The position numbers were made by a program, and so were the translations under genes. Below are positions 55,131-64,000 of a stretch of DNA of 64,000 nt, in pieces; the stretch's first letter is position 1, and each line of letters opens with the position of its first letter. The notes below the pieces were generated by a model. It saw only the letters and a program-made list of their open reading frames with translations, was not told where the DNA came from and searched no databases. The DNA lies in contig CH464491.1 in assembly GCA_000002445.1 (NCBI GenBank), positions 992,001-1,056,000 of the forward strand, read 5' to 3'. This DNA is from Trypanosoma brucei. Its lineage: Eukaryota.

Positions 55131-56438
55131 ATGGCTCTTGGATTTTCCTCTGCGGGGGAAGTGTACATGTACGCAACATGCATCCTTCTTGGAGTGTCCC
55201 TTCTAATGCCCCTTAACGCTCTCGTTTCCGCACCGCGCTTTATGGTGGACTACTACAAGTACGTATCTGGTAAAGAGGATGCCGAACCGAACCTTCCCTT
55301 TTTCTGGAAGAATATTTTCACGTTCTACAATGTTGTATCGCTTGCGTCGCAGGTGATTGCTGGACCGACCGTTCTAACTCGTGCAGCCCGTCGACTTTCA
55401 TTATCTGTGCGCTTTGCCCTTTCCATCACGTTGATGATGTCGGAGGTATTTGTAGTTCTCATGATGCCTGTGATCAAGGTACCTCAAACAGTTGCCATTG
55501 TTCTTCTCTGCCTTGTGACAATATTTGCAGGTATTGGGAAATCATACCATGAGGCGACGTGCTACGTTCTGGTGGCGTCGATGCCATCTAAGTTCATGTC
55601 TGCTGTTATGTTTGGAGTGTCACTATGCGGTGTAATAACGTCCACACTACAGTGCATCATCAAGGCATCGATGGAAGATACCTATGAGTCCGTGCTGACG
55701 CAGTCATACATTTATTTTTCACTTGGTCTACTGATAATGGCGGGTACACTTGCGATGGCTCTCTGTCTACGATATAATTCCTACGCGCAGGAGCACGTTG
55801 CTGAGTACCGTATGCTCAAACTACAAGAACAAGGAGTAGATGCTGAGTCTCAAAATGATGAGAAGGAACCCGTGGCTGAAGGTAAAGGTGAAGGTGAAGG
55901 TAAGAGTGAGGGTGCCATGACGACAGCAGAGCAACTGACGGCAACTGCTGTTATGCCCGTAGCGAGGATAATCCGTATGATGTTAGTGACAGTCTTCTGC
56001 GGCTTCTTCCTCACCTTATTTATCTTCCCCAGTCTTATTATTCCCATCGATCGTGACCACAATTGGTTTGCGACAATTGCCATTCTGCTATACAACTGTG
56101 GGGATGCTATTGGACGTTTCTCCACCTCGTTCAAGTGCGTTTGGCCGCCCCGCCGTGCTCTGCTGTACGCCACCTTCGCCCGCTTCATTTTTGTTCTGCC
56201 CTTCATGTTATGCATTTACCAATACATCCCTGGCCATGTCGGTCCGTATATCTTCTCGTTTCTCCTTGGCCTGACCAACTGTGTGGGTGCCATGTCGATG
56301 GTGTATGGCCCAATAACCCCTGGTCTTGAGACTGCGGGTCAGAAATTGATGGCTGGACAGTTGATGGGGATTTCGCTGCTTTCTGGAATTGCCGCTGCAT
56401 CTGTGCTTGCGATGATTGTGGTTGTCTTCCTACCATGA
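55131..56438 (+). CDS. ENT-family transporter, copy 2 (1 aa different from copy 1: N to K in loop)
   Basis: 435 aa. The only difference from copy 1 is QNDENEP versus QNDEKEP. Confidence 0.88.
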   Translation: MALGFSSAGEVYMYATCILLGVSLLMPLNALVSAPRFMVDYYKYVSGKEDAEPNLPFFWKNIFTFYNVVSLASQVIAGPTVLTRAARRLSLSVRFALSITLMMSEVFVVLMMPVIKVPQTVAIVLLCLVTIFAGIGKSYHEATCYVLVASMPSKFMSAVMFGVSLCGVITSTLQCIIKASMEDTYESVLTQSYIYFSLGLLIMAGTLAMALCLRYNSYAQEHVAEYRMLKLQEQGVDAESQNDEKEPVAEGKGEGEGKSEGAMTTAEQLTATAVMPVARIIRMMLVTVFCGFFLTLFIFPSLIIPIDRDHNWFATIAILLYNCGDAIGRFSTSFKCVWPPRRALLYATFARFIFVLPFMLCIYQYIPGHVGPYIFSFLLGLTNCVGAMSMVYGPITPGLETAGQKLMAGQLMGISLLSGIAAASVLAMIVVVFLP

Positions 56439-58101
56439 GTACGCTTAATGGAGGAGCCGCCTCTCACTAACACCACTTTGTTAGTACGTGACGTGTTTTA
56501 AGTGATGGAGCATCGTTGATGTTTTATCAAAGATACTATCTTAACTTGTATATATATATATATATATATATGTATTAGTTTATATCTTTTTTACATTAAC
56601 AAGATTATTTTATTTTAATTATTTATTTTTTTTTGATTTTCCTTTAACTGAAGGCATGTGCGGGTAAGGCAGCATAAACTATTTTGGACTGCCTCAGTAC
56701 GCTAGCCCCTTTATAACATACGTTTTTGTTTATTTTTTTTGTCTTAGGACTGCTTCCCCGCTACTGGGTATGTTGAGGGAAAAAACGTCAGACACTTTCT
56801 CTCGGCACCTGGTGCGGTGTGTCCGGCATTTACTTCCCTTCCTTTTTTTTTATGATGCACATTACGTTGCCTGCTGAAGATATTGTTTGGAGCAATGTGC
56901 TTGTGGTGTTTGGGTGTACTGAAATTTGTGGTGAGACGGTGCGACTCTTGTGTGGTTAAGTAAAGGAATGTGAACTGATTGTACGATATGCCACTGGTGT
57001 CGCTACCATTCACTGTCAACGAGCTTCAACCATTATTAGTGGTGTGATTTTAGTGGATATAAATAAGAAATAAATTCCTAGTGTGTGTTTTCTCCCGTTT
57101 CCTCCTTCTTTCATGTAGGCCAACTTTAGTGCGTATGTACGGAGGGATAATATTAGTGTTTAGTAATTTCTGCGTAAATACCTGCGGTTTCCTTGTTTGC
57201 AGCAACACGTTACCTTTCAACTATAGACCTCCGTTGCGTGCTACAATCGTTATTTGTGTATTATAATTATCTATTTTAAAAAATTTTTCTATATATATAT
57301 ATGTTTGTTTGTTGTATAACTTCGGGGAAGCGCTGTTTTGTAAGGCCGTGTTAGGAAATCTGTATTACTGGTAACAGTAGTAATAAATGGGAGATCGTCT
57401 AATTTGTGTGCGTCACGGGGTTTAATGATTATTGTGATGTGCGGTTGTATTGCTGTTATTTTCTGCATCTGATATGCTTTAGGTTTAAGTACTCAATACC
57501 TTCTCCATCCATATAGATATTGTTTCCTTCTCTTTCTCTTTCTCCTTTTCTTTCTTATATCTTATTCCTACTGCCCCATTGCGATAGTGATAGCGTCAAG
57601 TTTATGTATGTTGTTGTAGTTGTACTTGCCGCGCTGCTTCGAAGCTGTTGGCTCACCAATGGTTTTACTGGATATGGTGTTCCGAAGTTTTTGGAGGACC
57701 TATTGCATATGTCCATGTTGCTGTACCGTTGTGTTTGCCTTTCGATGAACTCCCGTGGATTTGCGTGCTCGTGTTTTTGCTTTTTGCTTCTGTTATGTGG
57801 TAATTGCGGATGTGTATACGATGGCGATATCCACAAAATATGTGATAAGGATGGTGCAGAACCGCAACCACTAAATACTTGCCTGTAAAATGAGCAGTAT
57901 CATCCCCACTTAAGGAAACTGTAAGCTTAGTCACTTCCCTCCTTTCTCTTTCTTTTTGTACGAAGGTTAAAGCCACAAGACTCTCTTACTGAACTCAGGC
58001 AAGTGAACAACACCGCACTAAACCAGAATCGCATAAGTTACATCCACTATCCATCCACTCGGGTTTAACTGAATTGCATCGCTGGATACCTTTCGTGTGC
58101 A

Positions 58102-59424
58102 ATGGCTCTTGGATTTTCCTCTGCGGGGGAAGTGTACATGTACGCAACATGCATCCTTCTTGGGATTTCCCTCCTCATGCCTCTCTGTGTCCTGGTTTCC
58201 GCACCAAGCTTTATGTTGAACTACTACAAGTACGTATCTGGTAAAGAGGATTCCGAACCGAACCTTCCCTTTTTCTGGAAGAATATTTTCACGTTCTACA
58301 ATGTTGTATCGCTTGCGTCGCAGGTGATTGCTGGACCGACCGTTCTAACTCGTGCAGCCCGTCGACTTTCATTATCTGTGCGCTTTGCCCTTTCCATCAC
58401 GTTGATGATGTCGGAGGTATTTGTAGTTCTCATGATGCCTGTGATCAAGGTACCTCAAACAGTTGCCATTGTTCTTCTCTGCCTTGTGACAATATTTGCA
58501 GGTATTGGGAAATCATACCATGAGGCGACGTGCTACGTTCTGGTGGCGTCGATGCCATCTAAGTTCATGTCTGCTGTTATGTTTGGAGTGTCACTATGCG
58601 GTGTAATAACGTCCACACTACAGTGCATCATCAAGGCATCGATGGATGATACCTATGAGTCTGTGCTGAAGCAGTCATACATTTATTTTTCACTTGGGAT
58701 TTTAATAATGTCCGCAACACTTGCGATGGCTCTCTGTCTACGATATAATTCCTACGCGCAGGAGCACGTTGCTGAGTACCGTATGCTCAAACTACAAGAA
58801 CAAGGAGTAGATGCTGAGTCTCAACATGATGAGAATGAACCCACTGCTGAAGGTGAAGGTGAAAGTAAAGGTGAGGGTGGCGAAGGTGATGCTGAAGGTG
58901 GCATGACGACAGCAGAGCAACTGACAGCAACTGCTGTTATGCCTGTCGTGAAGATTATCCGTATGATGTTATTATGTGTCTTCTGCGGCTTCTTCCTCAC
59001 CTTATTTATCTTCCCCAGTCTTATTATTCCCATCGATCGTAAACACAATTGGTTTGCGACAATTGCCATTCTGCTATACAACTGTGGGGATGCTATTGGA
59101 CGTTTCTCCACCTCGTTCAAGTGCGTTTGGCCGCCCCGCCGTGCTCTGCTGTATTTCACTTTTGGTCGCTTTATTTTTATTTTGCCTTTTATTCTGTGTA
59201 TTTACAAACACATCCCTGGTCACGCAGCTCCGTATATCTTCTCGTTTCTCCTTGGCCTGACCAACTGTGTGGGTGCCATGTCGATGGTGTATGGCCCAAT
59301 AACCCCTGGTCTTGAGACTGCGGGTCAGAAATTGATGGCTGGACAGTTGATGGGGATTTCGCTGCTTTCTGGAATTGCCGCTGCATCTGTGCTTGCGATG
59401 ATTGTGGTTATCTTCCTACCATGA
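58102..59424 (+). CDS. ENT-family transporter, copy 3 (440 aa; mosaic divergent paralogue)
   Basis: Long stretches are identical to copies 1 and 2. Divergent patches are the N-terminal TM1 region, TM6, a 5-aa longer EG-repeat loop, TM7 and TM9/10. Confidence 0.88.
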   Translation: MALGFSSAGEVYMYATCILLGISLLMPLCVLVSAPSFMLNYYKYVSGKEDSEPNLPFFWKNIFTFYNVVSLASQVIAGPTVLTRAARRLSLSVRFALSITLMMSEVFVVLMMPVIKVPQTVAIVLLCLVTIFAGIGKSYHEATCYVLVASMPSKFMSAVMFGVSLCGVITSTLQCIIKASMDDTYESVLKQSYIYFSLGILIMSATLAMALCLRYNSYAQEHVAEYRMLKLQEQGVDAESQHDENEPTAEGEGESKGEGGEGDAEGGMTTAEQLTATAVMPVVKIIRMMLLCVFCGFFLTLFIFPSLIIPIDRKHNWFATIAILLYNCGDAIGRFSTSFKCVWPPRRALLYFTFGRFIFILPFILCIYKHIPGHAAPYIFSFLLGLTNCVGAMSMVYGPITPGLETAGQKLMAGQLMGISLLSGIAAASVLAMIVVIFLP

Positions 59425-60371
59425 GTACGCATAATGGAGGGGCCGCCTCTCGCTTAAACATTCTTTTTTATGTATTAATTTTTTGTAATTTCTTTTTTGT
59501 TTTTAATATATGTAAAGTATCTTAACGTAACATTTTTGGTACTTAATTATTTTGTTGTTTTTTGTGATTTTCTTTTAATTGAAGGCAAGTGTGGGTGAGG
59601 CAGCATAAACTATTTTGGACTGCCTCAGTACGCTAGTCGGTTACTAAATTTGAAAATTTTGTCTTAGGACTGCTTCCCCGCTACTGGGTATGTTGAGGGA
59701 AAAAACGTCAGACACTTTCTCTCGGCACCTGGTGCGGTGTGTCCGGCATTTACTTCCCTTCCTTTTTTTTATGATGCACATTACGTTGCCTGCTGAAGAT
59801 ATTGTTTGGAGCAATGTGCTTGTGGTGTTTGGGTGTACTGAAATTTGTGGTGAGATGGTGCGACTCTTGTGTGGTTAAGTAAAGGAATGTGAACTGATTG
59901 TACGATATGCCACTGGTGTCGCTACCATTCACTGTTAATGGCCTCGACCATTTTTTTTTTTGACATTAATGGGGAAATTTTTGTTTTTGTAAAACGGCAT
60001 GAAGAAAGTAATAATACTGGTATCAGTAGTAATAAACGGGGATTCACCTAACTCTCGTGTAGTTTGCGGTTATTCTGCTTGTTGTTGTACCTACTGTGCT
60101 TTAATGCAATGTGGTTGGTGGGTCCTTCATTTCTCTATCTTTCTCTGCTTCTTCTTTAATTTTTTTTCTTATCTCTTAATCTTAATGTTTCACTGCGGCA
60201 GTTATTGCTCCAAGCTTGTGTATGTTGTAGCTGTACTTGGTGAGTTGTTCTTCTTTGTGTTTTACCTTTTTATTTGTTCCTTTATATTGTTTGATTTCCC
60301 ATTTCCCATTTCTTTTCTTCTTTTATTATTTTTTTGTTATTTTGTTTCATATTCATTAGTATTTTTGTGTA

Positions 60372-60929
60372 ATGTTAAAGTGCTCCTTGTGCTATCTAGC
60401 AAGCAAGGTGACTGCGGGTAATGCGAAAAATCAAGCCGGCCACCCAAGGCGGAGGGCTAAACTATTTCATGTTGTTCCTGGTACTCCAGTTACTCCATTT
60501 GAGAAGCTAAAGGAACAGAGGCGGCGGTTTGGTCAGGATCGTCATTCGCGTTTACCTGAATATCGACCAGGGAATAATGTCCGTATGGATCCTAATACAT
60601 ACACGTTGTACGCCACAAAGAAGGGCGTGATGACGATACGTGAGAGCCGCATTAATCCCAAGTATAAATGGCTTGATGTGGAACCTGACATTCAAAAGGT
60701 TTATCGCAGTAGAGAATTGCGACGGGCACTTCAGGAAAGGGAAATGGCCTCTATGGCGGTTGGTGAAAACTCGAACTACCGGGTAGAACTGGACTTGTTG
60801 CTGGAACCGGATTGGCGTGAGCGTGTCATGCATGTGCCGAAGGCTACGGAGCGCTTCAAGGACCCCAATCTCTTTACCCGTGGTGTTGTTAACGAGCTGT
60901 CACCCTTGGATAGGTACAGTTACACATGA
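60372..60929 (+). CDS. Hypothetical protein (start uncertain)
   Basis: 185-aa + strand ORF with mixed charged composition and no recognised domain. Confidence 0.35.
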   Translation: MLKCSLCYLASKVTAGNAKNQAGHPRRRAKLFHVVPGTPVTPFEKLKEQRRRFGQDRHSRLPEYRPGNNVRMDPNTYTLYATKKGVMTIRESRINPKYKWLDVEPDIQKVYRSRELRRALQEREMASMAVGENSNYRVELDLLLEPDWRERVMHVPKATERFKDPNLFTRGVVNELSPLDRYSYT

Positions 60930-63002
60930 AATAGGTAGATGGCAGTAGGTTTTTACCTTGCGTTTGCTCGCTCTCTCACATGCCTCTATGGGTTTGATCT
61001 TTATGTGAGGAAAGCAGGGGACTTAGTCCGTATGGACGGTGTCTGTATGTGCTCTTAAAGTTGCGAGGCGGACCTGCGACAGTTGTGGGAGACACACTTC
61101 GTTTTCCCGTAGTGTTCCACTGTGAGGAGTCAGTAATTAACACAAATCGTGAAATAATAGCAATGACTATACTTATAGTTGATTGCCGACAAATATCGAC
61201 CAGGAGCTAAACATTTTTTTTTGCAAGACTGCACTGTATGCAGAGTTTGCTTCTCTTTCTGTCGTTCTCGTGCATTTGTGCGTATTATTACAGGTTAAAC
61301 ATTGGTGGACTATGGGTTGCCGCAGTTTTTGGTACTGTTTCATATTGAACGCACGTGGTTCGGTCGGGCTGCGCATATGTGTATCGTGTCAGCTAACGTT
61401 GCATTGCTAGTTAATGGGGCTCCTGCGATGGCAGTGGTTAACGCAGGTTATGAAGCAGGAATTGACGACTAACAAAACCATCTGGTCCGGAATGTAAGCC
61501 AAAGTTACTACTGAGTGCATGGGTCGGAAGGGTACGAGCCAAACTGCTTTGTGACTGCGTTGGTGGTTACTTTACCATCTATTCTCTGGAGTGCTGTCCA
61601 TGGTGACGCCGGAAACGCTGCGTTACCAGCGGTTCACCATGGCGCCCTACCACAAATCCGTACCAAAGAAATATATGATACTAACCAACTTAACGGGCTC
61701 CCGTGCTGTGGCACTACACTGAACCATGTGAGTGGCCCACTGAGTTATGTTGGGGGAGTTACAAAATCTAGAGGTCATCGGTGCCGAAGTGTAACCGAAA
61801 GCCTTTGCAATCTTCCTCGTTTGGTGGCAGCGTATCGTAGCGCCACACATCACTGCACCGACCGGCACCAGTGTGAATAAGTAGGGCCTGTACGCGAAAC
61901 CCCGTGTTGTAGCGGAGTGGGTTGTACGCGGTTGGGCGCGTTTGCAGTTGGCTGGACTCGCAGCGATATCTGTTCGCCTCCCATTCCTGTTATTTATCGT
62001 CCCTGTAGCCGCTGTTGTGTCATGTGTATGTGTGAAGTCTCATTTCTGCGCGGACGTTTGGTGATGCTTCCGCCAGAGAAAGGGGTGTTAAGGTACCACA
62101 TTCCTCAAATCATGGAATGTTAGCGTTGCTTGTTGTATAAAAGGCTGTTGCTCTTCATTCCCGTCCTGTAGCGAAATTTAGAACTGATGGCGGCAAACAT
62201 CCCTCGAGCTGTGATACGTGCCCCATGTTGCACCGAAGGCTTTCAGTGAGGTATAACGGATCGGTTGAATGTGGATGAGCTCGACCTGCTTGTCTCTTCG
62301 GGTGAATGAATGGGGTGGTATGGTATTTCTTCGCAGTAGGAATACATTCCAAAATGATCCCCTTTTCACTCAGCCCCTTTCTTTTTGTTGTATCATTTAT
62401 TATTATTGTTATCGGTGCCAGTTTTTCTTGTCGGGGTTGCTGATACGAATTTTAGCTGCCGCCACCTCTGTGTATGTGTACACCAGGTGGGCGTGGTGGC
62501 GTTGCGCTGTTGGTTACTTTTCATGTTGTTTCCCGTCTATTACGTTGGTTCAATCGGCGAAGCGTCACTGCTCCCAAGAAGAAAAAATTTTGTCAAACCA
62601 AACGAACCAAAGAAAAGGGCCGAAAAGGAGGAGGAGGGTTTGGCAGGGAAGTGGGGTCGCGGGTTGGAAACAGGGATGATGAGGAGGAGCGAAGCAAGTT
62701 CAAGAGGAAAAGAAACAGAACGAAGCGTGGAGGGGGAGGGAACCGTATTAAATAACTTAAGAGTGTGGCCGGGAACTCGGAAAGGACGGGGGAACTCATT
62801 TGTAACGAAGAAAGAAGCTCCGCTTTATTTTTTACCCTTCGTTATTCCCAGTTAAGTAAGAGCGTACACACATCCAAGCAAGTAGGTTAGATATAGGAAG
62901 TTAAGAGCTGGTGAAGAAGAAACTGAGACGAAATACAGAGAAGATACCGAAGGAAAGGGATATCATTTGCATCTGCTCTTTACTGCGAGGCTACAGTGAA
63001 AC

Positions 63003-64000
63003 ATGGCCGCGGCTCCAAGTGCGACAGCACCTAAGCATAACTACACACTCGGAACAAATGCTTCGCAACTCGAGCTGTACAAGTACCTCAAGACTGTTCC
63101 TCCCATCCCAGAGCTGCGACAGGCGGTAACAATTAAGAAGTACGAAGAGGCTTCTGTTGATGATACCTTGTACCCGTTGATTGATGAGCACCAGATCATC
63201 ATGGTGGTCGGTGCTTTCTTCGGAGATGAGGGAAAGGGGAAGACAGTGGATGCCGTTGCTCGCCACCCCGCATGCACGTGCGTCGCCCGAGTTAACAGCG
63301 GAGAAAATGCTGGACACACAGTCTTTGATGACATTGGCCGCAAGTATGTGTTTAACCTTGCCCCATCCAGCCTTCTCACGCCCAACACGCGCAACTACGT
63401 GAGCTCGGAGTGTGTTATGGATCCCATTAGCTTCATGGAGAGGGAGATAGGACAATTTATCAAATCAAATATGCCCTACAAGGACAAGCTCTTTGTTGGC
63501 AATGTTTTTGTGGTTACACCCTACCACAAGTTGCTTGATTTGCTTGGATCCGCACCAAACTCCTCAACCTTGAAGGGCATGTCCCCCATCCATGCCTCAA
63601 AGGTGACGAAGCGTGGCATCCGCCTGGACCACATTTTCAATGATGAGGGGGTTCTCCGAGCCCGGCTTGCTAAGGACATGGACACATACTATGGATTGCT
63701 AAAAGTTAAGGGACTAACCGATAAGGATGTGGTCCGCCGCTGTCAAGAGGAGAATGCTGATGGTGTGGAGCGTGTGCCAGGTTATGTGGTAGACTTTGCG
63801 CGGGCGGAGAATAAGATCGACTATTTGGTGAAACTCTACACTGAGCGAGTGAAGAACAACAAGGACTTCCCACGGCGTTGTGACGTGACCCATGAATTAC
63901 GCGCGGCACTTGCCAGGGGTGAGAAATTGCTGTTGGAGGGCCCGCAGTCCTACTGGCTGAGTAACGCCCGTGAGAAATTCTGGGAGAGCACCACCTCCGC
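63003..64000 (+). CDS. ADSS: Adenylosuccinate synthetase, 5' partial (continues beyond window end)
   Basis: Translated by hand from ATG 63003, preceded by an in-frame TGA at 62997. The product is MAAAPSATAPKHNYTLGTNASQLELYKYL...HQIIMVVGAFFGDEGKGKTVDAVARH...ARVNSGENAGHTVFDDIGRKYVFNLAPS. It contains the GDEGKGK P-loop and NAGHT motifs diagnostic of AdSS, with an N-terminal extension as in trypanosomatid enzymes. Confidence 0.85.
   Translation, partial: MAAAPSATAPKHNYTLGTNASQLELYKYLKTVPPIPELRQAVTIKKYEEASVDDTLYPLIDEHQIIMVVGAFFGDEGKGKTVDAVARHPACTCVARVNSGENAGHTVFDDIGRKYVFNLAPSSLLTPNTRNYVSSECVMDPISFMEREIGQFIKSNMPYKDKLFVGNVFVVTPYHKLLDLLGSAPNSSTLKGMSPIHASKVTKRGIRLDHIFNDEGVLRARLAKDMDTYYGLLKVKGLTDKDVVRRCQEENADGVERVPGYVVDFARAENKIDYLVKLYTERVKNNKDFPRRCDVTHELRAALARGEKLLLEGPQSYWLSNAREKFWESTTS

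Larger units (their letters stand above)
51922..59937 (+). repeat. Tandem array of ~2.97-kb units, each carrying an ENT transporter gene plus its intergenic region (unit starts 51922, 54901, 57873; third unit truncated distally)
   Basis: Units 1 and 2 are near-identical over 5' UTR, CDS and 3' intergenic. Unit 3 shares the 5' UTR, most of the CDS and the proximal 3' region, then diverges at 59937. Confidence 0.85.

Noticed and set aside
59999-60421. 140-aa F/L-rich ORF upstream of the 185-aa hypothetical gene
   Set aside because: It translates pyrimidine-tract DNA (ttctttcttttatt...). This is probably the 5' UTR and splice-acceptor region of the downstream gene.
62385-62855. 156-aa ORF with basic/Gly-rich composition, overlapping the 62474..62755 ORF
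   Set aside because: It reads through purine-rich simple sequence (aggaggagggtttggcagggaagtgggg...) just upstream of the ADSS gene, which is more plausibly UTR.
1-64000. Prokaryotic-style systems (CRISPR arrays, restriction-modification, toxin-antitoxin, operon-encoded defence islands)
   Set aside because: Sequence organisation is unmistakably eukaryotic kinetoplastid (trans-splicing signals, RIME element, ribosomal protein S4, ENT transporters). I saw no direct-repeat/spacer arrays or bacterial gene signatures.

Overview
The sequence looks like a kinetoplastid chromosome-internal region, most consistent with Trypanosoma brucei. Supporting signs are ~50% GC, all long ORFs on the + strand as a single polycistronic unit, no introns, pyrimidine-tract/AG trans-splice signals ahead of ORFs, (TA)n microsatellites in intergenic DNA, and a RIME retroposon. 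The organism assignment is from memory and I cannot verify it here. I can support about 24 protein-coding genes, all on the + strand. Recognisable ones are a leucine-rich-repeat protein, a TM9SF/nonaspanin protein, an AK7-like adenylate kinase with a C-terminal DPY-30 motif, an FKBP-like coiled-coil protein, an ACBP-domain protein, a LYR-motif protein, a GPN-loop GTPase, an M1 aminopeptidase, a thiamine-pyrophosphokinase-like protein, two tandem 40S ribosomal protein S4 genes, a tandem array of three ENT-family nucleoside/nucleobase transporter genes (the array resembles the T. brucei NT8 cluster) and the 5' part of adenylosuccinate synthetase running off the window end. The remaining ORFs are hypothetical proteins. 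The most interesting non-genic structure is a complete ~505-bp RIME-type non-LTR retroposon at 40231-40735 with perfect 12-bp target-site duplications. It sits inside a 9.5-kb stretch (35.4-45.0 kb) that has no convincing ORF and a heterogeneous composition. Other points of note are concerted evolution confined to the CDS in the RPS4 pair, mosaic gene-conversion-like divergence in the third transporter copy, and a purine-salvage neighbourhood (transporters next to ADSS). I found nothing resembling a prokaryotic defence system; this is eukaryotic DNA.
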